Part shown: piece after piece, positions 12,301-24,300 of the stretch
Layout: each line of letters starts with the position of its first letter
Numbering within the stretch: position 1 is the first letter of the stretch
Source: Phoronis australis
Lineage: Eukaryota > Animalia > Phoronida
NCBI GenBank assembly: GCA_002633005.1
Contig: NMRA01000072.1
Location: 1,043,957 to 1,107,956 of the forward strand
Reading direction: 5' to 3'
DNA: 64,000 bases
Translations under genes and position numbers: made by a program
Notes under the pieces: generated by a model
Seen by the model: the letters and a program-made list of their open reading frames with translations, nothing else
What the model was told of the DNA's origin: nothing
The model's database searches: none

Positions 12301-15300
12301 TAACAACTATCAAGGAACTTGGAAGATATCAAGACAAGCACAAAGAAAAAAAATGCCCCTAGGAGACTTCACAATAGTCGGATTTGTCACAAAATTGACG
12401 TCAATTATACTCTTCTAAATAGAAACATACAAATTTTATGAAGATCCATCAAGGAACTTGGGTCATCCGAAATTCATCGTCAGCAATGTACTTTCAGTAG
12501 GAACATATATATGGCAATTTTCAGAATGTTCCTTTAAGTGTTTTAGTCAATAGAGAGATGGATGCCAAAAAAAGACTTAGAAATGGTAAATGACCACTAG
12601 AAATACACTTGCCAATTTTTACATCATGCAGAAGGCTGCCACTAAGGGCCACCACAAGTCAGAGCTATCCGAAAATCACCCACATATGCCAATGTTCATA
12701 ATGATCCTTAGAATGGTTTGTCTGAGAGAGAGACCCCGACACCAAAAACACTAAAATGGCAACTAGGTGGCGTACAACACATCAAATCAAACCAAAAAAC
12801 GGGAAGGTGTCATGGTCTCTTTAACAGAAACCCATTTACCAAATTTCAAAACTGTCAAAGAACTCTCAAGATATTAATAGAGAAAAACGCAAAAAATATG
12901 ATTTTCCACTAGGGTACACAGTGGAAGTTGAATCGTCTGAAAGTCGTTGTTGTCATCCGTTATTATAATCATAGAAATACGCATAAGAAATTTAACAAAG
13001 ATTCTTTCTGCAAGGGGTTCAGACGATTTAACCGTGGATGCAAAAAAATCACTAGGGGATGTCACAGTGGTCACAAGTCATCCAGGAATAATTGTCAGGT
13101 CAATTTTCATAATGATCATCACAGTGGTTTGACCGAAAGAGAGGCAGACACCAAAAACAGACTTGAAAACAGTAAAATGGCCATTAGGTGGTGCAAAATA
13201 CTTTGAATATACCTAAAACAGGAATGTGGCATCATATTTTTAGTAGATACCTATTTCCCAAATTTCAGGTAAATCCACCAAAAAACTCCAAGGATACAGA
13301 GGTAAACGTAAAACAATTGCCATTAGAGGCACATCAGAAATTGATTCCGCCTGAAAATTCACTTGTGCCATCTCATCCATGATAGGAATACGTCTGCAAA
13401 ATTTCATGACCATACATGATAGCGTTTTGGAGATACAGTAAGCAGACATTGGACAGATGGGCATAATGCACGTCCTGAGGAAAACTGTGTATACAGGTGT
13501 ATATCTAGGCCCATACACCTGTATCTGAAGCTGCACCTATATCAAGCAAAAGACATGTGTGCTTACGTGTGAAACACTTGAGTAAACCGCAGAAACACTC
13601 CAGCAACATTTTTTGATAACATGTGAGTGAAGGTTGACTTATTCATTATGTTCTCATACTTTCAATTGCATTTATCATGAACATTTAGATAAAGTATCAG
13701 AATGAAGAGGAACACACTGTAACACCCAGTTTAATGCATGCAAATACACAAGAGATGGCTGCCTGTGCCTATGTGCAAACTCAAGGCAGATGCGCCTATC
13801 TACAGAAAAAAAAATTATTCCAGATGTAAGAGCACAGGGCCTAAGTACACACATGACAGGACTAGAGCATTATTTAGTGATGTTGTGAACAGAAAAAGTT
13901 GTAATATAACCAGTGTTCTCCACATCCTGTTTCAACTCGTCACTGCCTTGAGTTTGAATTTTGTCGTGACGAGTTTAGCTTACTTCTACTTGCATCGAGT
14001 TTGCAAACCTATGCAATGAGTTTAAAGTATTCGAAGATTAGCCATTTCTTATGTAAATTAGAACATTTTGGATTTTGAGAACCACTTCACTACATTTATA
14101 CCAAGACTTACACACAAACTCCCCACAGTATGGACATGGACTTTCGAACACGTACACGAATTTTGTAATTCCAGTCCAGTTGTGAAGAACACTGATAACC
14201 CCTCTTAAGAAATTAATGACACAGCACTACTTATCTGAAGGCCTTATCCCACATAGCTTGTTTTCAGAATGTCTAAGCTGGTCAGAATATTTGATGAAAT
14301 GAGCTAGGGACAGGCCCAAACAGACAGCTTTGACCCAATTATTCCTTGTTCATGGGGCTGTTACTCAAATAATAAAAAGTGCCTGTGACGTTCATCGGGT
14401 TCCCACCCAGTTTTAGCTCATCCTGTCAAAATTTGCAGAAACGCACTGACAACTATCTTGGAGCAATAGGGGTGTCCTGAAGTGAATGAAGAAGTCCAAT
14501 TTGGTAAAAATATCCAAGACTGAAAAAGATGGTAATAAAAATTCAGCCCCTCATTTGTGTACATACCCGCTTTCGGTCTGCCATTCGGTCTGCCTGTAAC
14601 AGAAAAGAAAACACCACTGAACGGTATTTACCAAGTCAATACCAGTGCCCACCTATTCACAGAGCTCTACAAGTTTACATTTGGGTTAACGGCCATTTTC
14701 AGCTCAATGCTCACTAATAATTCACATGTAACTCGGTGTGAACAGCACACTTACTAGTGACTTTCCTGACTTGTACTGTTCATGTCAAAGCGGTTAAAAC
14801 TGATTTAAAGGTTTTAACTCTCGGCCTGAACACTAAAAAGCAAGTTTCAAAAGTTGAAACTGTAGCACAGTTATAACCCACTGTGAGGGTGGTTCAGCGA
14901 GAGTTTATAACCGTAACTCGGTGTGAACAGAAGCAAAAGTTATAATTCAATAGGTGACGCTGCTGTCAAATCTCTTTGGAAACAATGGCACATTAATGCA
15001 CTAACTGGAGAGAATGGGAAATTGATAGCACTATATATAGCGACTAGTGACCAAAAGGACAAACTAGGGTAGGCCTACAACAGATTTAGCTGTCTGTGAG
15101 GAGGATAACCAACACATAACAGTTAAATACAACACATTACTACAGAAAGAATTACAACCAGATTTAGTTAACCAGCCTGAACAGAGTTTTTGTGAATGTG
15201 CACCTCCATATGTATGTGTGTGTGCATAAACAGTAGGTATGTACATACATGGATAATAAGATAAGAAGAAATGATACTTTGGATCAGTAAGAGTAGAACT

Positions 15301-18300
15301 TAACATGGGTGACAAAGCACACAGATGCCCAGGCTTTGACATCCAGTTACAGGTTTTAACCTAATTTAATGGATCATGCATAAAATGGCCAGTCATGAAA
15401 ATGTTGCCCAATATACCAAACATCTGCTAGCCACATGACCAGGGTGTGTAAGTAACATAATCACATTGTGTTCATGTTACTAGGCCATAAGAGCACATCT
15501 GGTTCTGGTATGCGTTTCGCGTTTTTTTTGAAAATGGAGACATTGGAGCAGTACTGTTTTCAAAAAAAAAACCACCTGAGACGAGCAAAAATGATGCGGG
15601 AATTGTTTTTTACTCAACTCTGGATGAAGAAGAGGAGGCAGCGGTTGTGACAGAGCTCACAAAGTTCTCTTTTTATCCCCATTGACAATAGCAAACACAG
15701 AAATGGCACCGGATATGGCATGGACAAATCTCACCGATTTTGGACAAAAATAATTGCAGAAATTAACCCTGTCGCGTACTTCAGAAGCTTCTAACATTGT
15801 TGTGAAGGTCCCCAATGTTTTGCAGTACCACGTGATGAACTAATAGTAGGCTTTATGCTTCATGAAACAGACCTCTGATCGACATTACAAACAAATAATA
15901 CATAGAGTACAGGATATTTTTAACCAAAATCTATCTACAGTACAAGCCTAATGTATTCAGACAAAATGACCTGGATTTCGCCGTCATGATGGCTGGGCAG
16001 AATCCAAATTCATCTTCAGATAAGTCCTCTCCGAGAATGAAAATTAACAGGAAAGTTAGTAAGGTGGCTAGACATTCTGTAATTAGAATTTTGCCCCCTC
16101 CCCCNCCCCCAACAGTTACCAGTCATTTTTGCTGTTGACTGAGTTAGCCGTCATGACGGGGAAATGGTATTTTGTCCAATTACTTTTGTGTTTTGACTTT
16201 TCATGTTCATAAGAATTAATTAAATATCAAGCAATTTAACGTGTTTAAATAATGTGCCTATAGATAATTCTTGGACGGTTATTTGTCCAGGTAACCAAAT
16301 TTAAGTAAAAACTGAACAATTAATCTGGATATAAATAATAATTGCATTTCTGCATTTCTGACTCCAGCATACCATTATTACATGAGTGATGTATATCCTC
16401 TCATCTTTATCAAAACTTACTTAAACAAAAAATGCCCTGAACATCTAAGCAGAACATCAAAATCTTGCAAGGGCTAGTCTGCGTGAACTATTTTGTAAAC
16501 ATGTTATGTATTTTTCAATAACCAAAGGTCAACTTTTAACAATGTTATAAGCAACTAATGGTTATGCACTGTTTCTCCAATCCTGGATGTCAAGATCACT
16601 GTGTTGGTGAAATTTATTTATAAATGAGGTGGTATTGCCAACACGTTGTTGCACCAAAACAACTCCCAAAATCATACCCAAATAACAGTTGCTTGACATT
16701 TAGAGGTAAGCACCCCTCATTTTGCTTAGCCAGCACTATTGTATAACATAATAATAGCTTGGCATTTTGATACCCTTTTATCAAGTATTTAACAATTCTT
16801 ATTAACTGATGCACCCTAGTCATCTATCTACCAAGCTCTGATCCCGTTGCATCATTTGAGACGTAATGTCCAAAAACAATTATTGAGCGCTATTTCAATG
16901 TCTTCTGAAGCATGAAACTCCGAAATCTTAGACACATACAACATAATCGGTAATATTACTGTGTCTGTATGTTGTTGGGTTATGTATATTTGTATCTGTT
17001 CCAGTTTTTGTAATAAATATACAAAAAAATAGTATTTACAAAAAAATAGTATTTGTACAGGGATGTGAGTACATTTAGTCATGAACTTTCTTAGTACAAA
17101 AAATAACCTTTGCTGCTTTGTCAGTTAAGAGTTTTCTGCAGCTTCATAACTACACCTTGAAAAAATTTCACTTGTTTGCCATTGGCGAGATCTTGCTGTA
17201 TCACTAAAATCTGACAAAATTCACTAAAAACAGAACTGATAAACACCTAAAAGCTTTAACAAGTAAGAATCTGTATGAAAAGTGGCACTGCAAAAAGAAA
17301 TTCTCACAAGATTTAGCCCATCGTGAGTGATTACAATTATTATAAAACTGGTGAAATCTAAAGACACTCAATTTGTCAATACCCATAACAAGGGAACCAG
17401 CCAAAGATAGACTGAAGGTGCTTGAAAGAGGACAAAAAGCGGGATTTCCAAAAGTGGCAGCAGGTGTTCTCCATTAACATGACATAAGGCAAATCTAAAA
17501 GAAATGTTTTCCAGGATTGCACTTCAGAAACACTTTATGCTCAGCCAGTGTTAACAGCATCACACAATCATCTGATTGGCTACAATTGTGAAACAATCAT
17601 CTGATTGGCTTCAATTGTGAAAGAATGGTGTTGTTGCCATGTCACCAGTCCACATTCAGACTTAATTTAGTGAAGGCAAGTTTCAGGAAATAAGCCCCAA
17701 GTAACTACAAAGGATTACCATGTAAAATGTATAAGAAAAGTTGATAACGAGTTTTGTACACCGCATGCAAACCTTAACTTGCTGTCACATACTTACCTCG
17801 CATAGTTCACCTATTAAATAATCATTCATGAGCTCTCTGGCGTCTGTGGAATGTCCGACATCTTCAAACGGTTCAGTACCGTCTCCACCTAAAGCAAGAT
17901 AACAAATGGAGCGTCCACACACACATCCAATAATTAGGGCAAGACCGAAGTTCTTGCTACATGTGTGACAATGAAACCTATTGAGAGTATGAAGCGTAAA
18001 AGAAAACTTGTCTATATGTAACCGCAACTAATAATTACTTCCGCCCGACCCTACTTTTGCGGCCACACAGCTATTACAAGTGGCTCAAGTTATCCTAGAA
18101 CAACTTACCATGCGTCGATTAAGTAAGGTATGTTGCACTAGCTTAAAAGGGGACTGTAGTCAAAATAATGTTGCAGTTAATTGGTTCTAACATACAAATA
18201 AAACTCACATTAGCCCGACTTGCGTGCCAAACAAAAGCCAATTCGAATTCATGGTCAAAACACTGAATTCTGAAAGCGATCGCTGATTGGCTGATGTGTC

Positions 18301-21300
18301 AGTGACGTGAATGGCGGGGTATCGGCTGCTTTACACATTCATTGCTTATGTCATATTTGAAGAGTTTACATCGTAATTTATCATTGTATCAATCGTCCTT
18401 ATTTTTTTATTGTTTGCCACAGTGCTGTAAAAGGTTCGCTATGCCTTTTTGTATGGCACCTGGTTGCTCAAACTCTTCGAAAAAGGCGTCTTCTTAAGGG
18501 ATGGTCATCGCATACCATCGCCGGGTTACCCAAGCCTTGGCCCAAAGCTCAGTGCAGATATAGGCCTACAGGTTTAAGCCGATATGGGTAAAAAATGTAC
18601 AAATAAAATCTGACTCAAATAAATGTCATTAAAACTAAGTCATCCTTGAGTAAACCTAGGAACCAGGTTCCTAGAGTAAACTAACTTCTGTATTTACCGG
18701 TGTTGGAAATGTTAGCGATCGTTCATCGGCTGCTGCTAGTAAAATTGTGATGTGTTCTCTTGAGTCGGCTTTTTGCGATTACGGTACCTAGGTTATAACA
18801 AATTATCGGAGCTTGTTTCATTTTGTTTCAAGTTTTTAGTATTTTTACACCAGCAAACCAAATTTCAGAACAACCTTGGTGCTGCGAAGCTGTTATCATG
18901 TCCCGAAAGACGTCTCAAATTTTTATGAAATGGCGCGTGCGCTGTGTCATAAGTGTGCTGTTCTTGAAACGGACGACATACTTCTTTGCTAAAAAGGCGG
19001 CAAATTATGCTACCAAATGACGTCTATTTGATTGTTTTCCACTTAAACGGCTGCAACGAACAATGGGAGTGTCGGGTGACTATACCAGATTTTGCATGCC
19101 CCCCGCCGGTCCGTTAGTTTTATATGTTGATGTAGCCTAAGTTTTACGACGAAGTGACGAGCATAACTGAGTCAACTATATCCGGGTAGTCAACGGCTGT
19201 CTGAAATTTCGGGTTTAACGGAGCTCAACACACAGTGGTACGATAGTCTTCATACAGCTACAGTCGGTAACTTACCAACCCTTCAAGTTTACAGAGCTGC
19301 CGGAGTATTGGCTGACAGCTGGCTGACTGGATGGCTAGAGTCCACATTGCCCTCGAAACAGTCACTGACACCAGTTGCACCGGCAAATTTTCGTCTGACT
19401 ATGACGATGACTGGGTATCACTTTGTGTTGCCTCGGCTCAAACAGGTATCCCTTGTGACCCGAAATTTCACACTACAATTTCTTATTCCGACAATATGAA
19501 AAACGCTACTTGATTGCACGCTAACACAGGACAGTGACTTTGCCCCCGCCAAATACGTCACGAGACTAAGCAGCGCTCCAAGACGGTAATTTTTTGAGCT
19601 TCGTTAGAGAATATAAGTTTAATTTTTGGTGTTGAATTATTTTTGAAATTAATCAACAATTCATAGAAAACTATCCAGAATTTATTCAGAATAAAATACA
19701 GTTCCCTTTTAANNNNNNNNNNNNNNNNNNNNNNNNNNNNNNNNNNNNNNNNNNNNNNNNNNNNNNNNNNNNNNNNNNNNNNNNNNNNNNNNNNNNNNNN
19801 NNNNNNNNNNNNNNNNNNNNNNNNNNNNNNNNNNNNNNNNNNNNNNNNNNNNNNNNNNNNNNNNNNNNNNNNNNNNNNNNNNNNNNNNNNNNNNNNNNNN
19901 NNNNNNNNNNNNNNNNNNNNNNNNNNNNNNNNNNNNNNNNNNNNNNNNNNNNNNNNNNNNNNNNNNNNNNNNNNNNNNNNNNNNNNNNNNNNNNNNNNNN
20001 NNNNNNNNNNNNNNNNNNNNNNNNNNNNNNNNNNNNNNNNNNNNNNNNNNNNNNNNNNNNNNNNNNNNNNNNNNNNNNNNNNNNNNNNNNNNNNNNNNNN
20101 NNNNNNNNNNNNNNNNNNNNNNNNNNNNNNNNNNNNNNNNNNNNNNNNNNNNNNNNNNNNNNNNNNNNNNNNNNNNNNNNNNNNNNNNNNNNNNNNNNNN
20201 NNNNNNNNNNNNNNNNNNNNNNNNNNNNNNNNNNNNNNNNNNNNNNNNNNNNNNNNNNNNNNNNNNNNNNNNNNNNNNNNNNNNNNNNNNNNNNNNNNNN
20301 NNNNNNNNNNNNNNNNNNNNNNNNNNNNNNNNNNNNNNNNNNNNNNNNNNNNNNNNNNNNNNNNNNNNNNNNNNNNNNNNNNNNNNNNNNNNNNNNNNNN
20401 NNNNNNNNNNNNNNNNNNNNNNNNNNNNNNNNNNNNNNNNNNNNNNNNNNNNNNNNNNNNNNNNNNNNNNNNNNNNNNNNNNNNNNNNNNNNNNNNNNNN
20501 NNNNNGGACAAAAATAATTGCAGAAATTAACCCTGTCGCGTACTTCAGAAGCCTCTAACATTGTTGTGAAGGTCCCCAATGTTTTGCAGTACCACGTGAT
20601 GAACTAATAGTAGGCTTTATGCTTCATGAAACAGACCTCTGACCGACATTACAAACAAATAATACATAGAGTACAGGATATTTTTAACCAAAATTTATCT
20701 ACAGTACAAGCCTAATGTATTCAGACAAAATGACCTGGATTTCGCCGTAATGATGGCTGGGCAGAATCCAAATTCATCTTCAGAGAAGTCCTCTCCGAGA
20801 ATGAAAATCAACAGGAAAGTTAGTAAGGTGGCTAGACATTCTGTAATTAGAATTTTGCCCCCTCCCCCCTAACAGTTACCAGTCATTTTTTGCTGTTGAC
20901 TGAGTTAGCCGTCATGACGGGGAAATGGTATTTCGTCCAATTACTTTTGTGTTTTGACTTTTGATGTTCCTAAGAATTAATTAAATATTAAGCAATTTTT
21001 CTTAACATGTTTAAATAATGTGCCTAAAGAAAATTCTTGGACGGTTATTTGTCCAAGTAATCAAATTTAAGTAAAAACTGAAATCTTAATCTGGATATAA
21101 ATAATAATTGCATTTCTGACTTCAGCATACCATTATTACATGAGTGATATATATCCTCTCATCTCTATCAAGACTTCCTTAAACAAAAAATGCCCTGAAC
21201 ATCTAAACAGGACATCAAAATCTTGCAAAGGCTAGTCTGTGTGAACTATTTTGTAAACATGTTATGTATTTTTCAATAACCAAAGGTCAACTTTTAACAA

Positions 21301-24300
21301 TGTTATAAGCAACTAATGGTTATGCACAGTTTCTCCAATCCTGGATGTCAAGATCACTGTGTTGGTGAAATTTATTTATAAATGAGGCCGTATTGCAAGT
21401 TGTTGTACCAAAACAACTCCCAAAACCATACCCAAATAACAGTTGTTTGACATTTAGAGGTAAGCACCCCTCATTTTGCTTAGCCAGCACTATTGTATAA
21501 CATAATAATAGCTTGGCATTTTGATACCCTTTTATCAAGTATTTAACAATTCTTATTAACTGATGCACCCTAGTCATCTATCTACCAAGCTCTGATCCCG
21601 TTGCATCATTTGAGACATACTGTCCAAAAACAATTATTGAGCGCTATTTCAATGTCTTGTGAAGCATGAAACTCCGAAATCTTAGACACATACAACATAA
21701 TCGCTAATATTACTGTGTATGTATGTTGTTGGGTTATGTATATTTGTATCTGTTCCAGATTTTGTAATAAAAATACAAAAAAACAATATTTGTACAGGGA
21801 TGTGAGTACATTTAGTCATGAACTTTCTTGCTGCTTTGTCAGTTAAGAGTTTTCTGCAGCTTCATAACTACACCTTGATTTATTATAAATAAAAAAATTT
21901 CACTTGTCTGCCATTGGCGAGATCTTGCTGTACCACTAAAATCTGACAAAATTCACTAAAAACAGAACCAATAAACACCTAAAAGCTTTAACAAGTAAGA
22001 ATCTGTACGAAAAGTGGCACTGCAAAAAGAAATTCTCACAAGATTTAGCCCATCGTGAGTGACTACAATTATTATACAGGGCTTGGAATGACCAATAACA
22101 AAAAACGCGGAAACTTTTACGGCCCAAATCATGCCCCTGATAACCAGCCTTGAAATGGTCAATGTGAACCTTTCCCCGACAAAAATTGGGAGGACTAAAA
22201 AAAAAAAAAAACGTTACCACCATCAGTAGCATGCGTCTGCGTCCTTTTAGCTCGCCCGTCCACTCCCAACCCACACATTTTTGGGTGCAGGGCGGTAGTA
22301 TTTGTCGCCGCGCTTAACAATAACACGTGACGCCATTGAAAATCACACCACGCTGTCCCAGATGCCCCGGCAATGTTGACAATTTACGTTCCTCCGAAAC
22401 ATAAAGAGCAACTTCCGCTTTTCGAGGTGAACGTCGTCTGCAACGCCGCGGTAAGAAAGGAATTTGCCCCGGAAATTTTATATCAAATCCGATTTTTTTA
22501 CGCGGAAATATTATAAAAAAAGCGGAAAGCACATTTGAAAAAAGCGGAAATCCGCGTTTCCGCGGAAAATTCCAAGCCCTGATTATAAGACTGGTGAAAT
22601 ATAAAGACACTCAATTTCACAATATCTATAACAAGGGAACCAGCCAAAGATAGACTGAAGGTGCTTGAAAGAGGACAAAAAGCGGGATTTCCAAAAGTGG
22701 CAGCAGGTGTTCTCCATTAACTTGACATAAGGCAAATCTAAAAGAAATATTTACCAGGATTGCACTTCAGGAACACTTTATGCTCAGCCAGTGTTAATAG
22801 CATCACACAATCATCTGACTGGCTACAATTGTGGAACAATCGTCTGGCTACAATTGTGGAACAATCGTCTGGCTACAATTGTGGAACAATCGTCTGGCTA
22901 CAATTGTGGAACAATCATATGATTGGCTTCAATTGTGAAAGAATGGTGTTGTTGCCATGTCACCAGTCCACATTCAGACGTAATTTAGTGAAGGCAAGTT
23001 TCAGGAAATAAGCCCCAAGTAACTACAAAGGATTTACCGTGTAAAATGTATAAGAAAAGTTGATAACGAGTTTTGTACGCCGCATGCAAACCTTAACTTG
23101 CTGTCACATACCTCGCATAGTTCACCTATTAAATAATCGTTCATGAGCTCTCTGGCGTCTGTGGAATGTCCGACATCTTCAAACGGTTCAGTACCGTCTC
23201 CACCTAAAGCAAGATAACAAATGGAGTGTCCACACACACATCTGATAAATAGGGCAAGTTGTTGCTCTGTGTGTGACAATGGAACCTAATAAGAGTATGA
23301 AGCGTAAAAAAAAACTTGCCTATATGTAACCGCAACTTATAATTACTTCCGCCCTACCCCACTTTTGCGGCCACACAGCAATTACAAGTGGCTCAAGTTA
23401 CCATAGAACAAGTTACCACGCTTCGATTAGGTGCGGTAAGTTGTCACAAGTAAGTTATGTTGCACTAGCTTAAATAGCGTCGAGACAGCAGTCAAAGCAC
23501 TCTAACCTAGCGACAACTCCTTCCAGGAATAACTTGTTCTAGGGTAAGTCTGTATGTGGAATGCACTAAAGTCTAGTAAAAATTCTTAATTGCGAACACA
23601 AAAATTAAATAATTTTCAAAGGCTCAGCACAATGCTCATGCAAATGCTCAAAATTTTACCAAATGTTGTTTGTTAACAGCTATGCAATGCAACCCATGCT
23701 AAAAGCAAAAAAAAAGTTTCGCAAAAAGTTATTTTTATTAAGAAATTTGGCAATGGAAATAAAATTTCACCTGTCTGTCATATTGTGTCCTAACCTGAAT
23801 TTTTTTACCTTAAATATATAACTTGAAGTGAAAACAACAGGGACTCAAAATGTGATGGTTTAACAGTGGAAAACAGTTTTACATGGGTAAGGTTAGACAA
23901 GGCTTTGTAAAGAAGCAGCCTTCGGTAAGAAACTTACTTTTGATTTAGACCACCAGCCATTCTTAACTGGTTTGAACATGTTCTTTATTCACATTAGCAC
24001 CAAAATTCTGTGCCTGTGTAGAAGTGATGGTTCATCAATCTCAATAAACCATTCTCAAAAAGTTGGGACAGGCTCATCATCCCACGGATGTCCACTTATC
24101 AAAAATCTAAAGAGGAAAAGCGGGTAAAACTGTGCTGGACCGCTAGGGTATGTGCTCAATGACCAAAAGGCCATCAGAGGGTTTCTATCCTTACATTGGT
24201 GGTCAAAACACTTGCAAGTGCTGGCTAAACCAAAGTCACAAGTTCACAATTACAAAAGGTTTAAACTGTTCAGACTGATAGTTATAACCAATTTTGTAAA

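Larger units (their letters stand above)
20506..23473. repeat. Duplicated block A (homologous to 15742-18146)
   Basis: Begins exactly at the gap edge with ggacaaaaataattgcag, which matches 15742. Confidence 0.9.

Noticed and set aside
12718-14019. Cluster of 60-98 aa ORFs in the cytochrome b5 intron
   Set aside because: No recognisable domains; they overlap a degenerate repeat.
15064-15093. Alternative terminal exon TAKSVVGLP* giving a soluble cytochrome b5
   Set aside because: It has a decent acceptor and compatible phase, but no homology support; the exon at 14567-14593 completes the protein, and such AG sites are common by chance.
22819-22940. CRISPR-like array (also considered for 264-440 and 44362-44475)
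   Set aside because: These are head-to-tail tandem units without unique spacers, with no cas genes, in a eukaryotic context.
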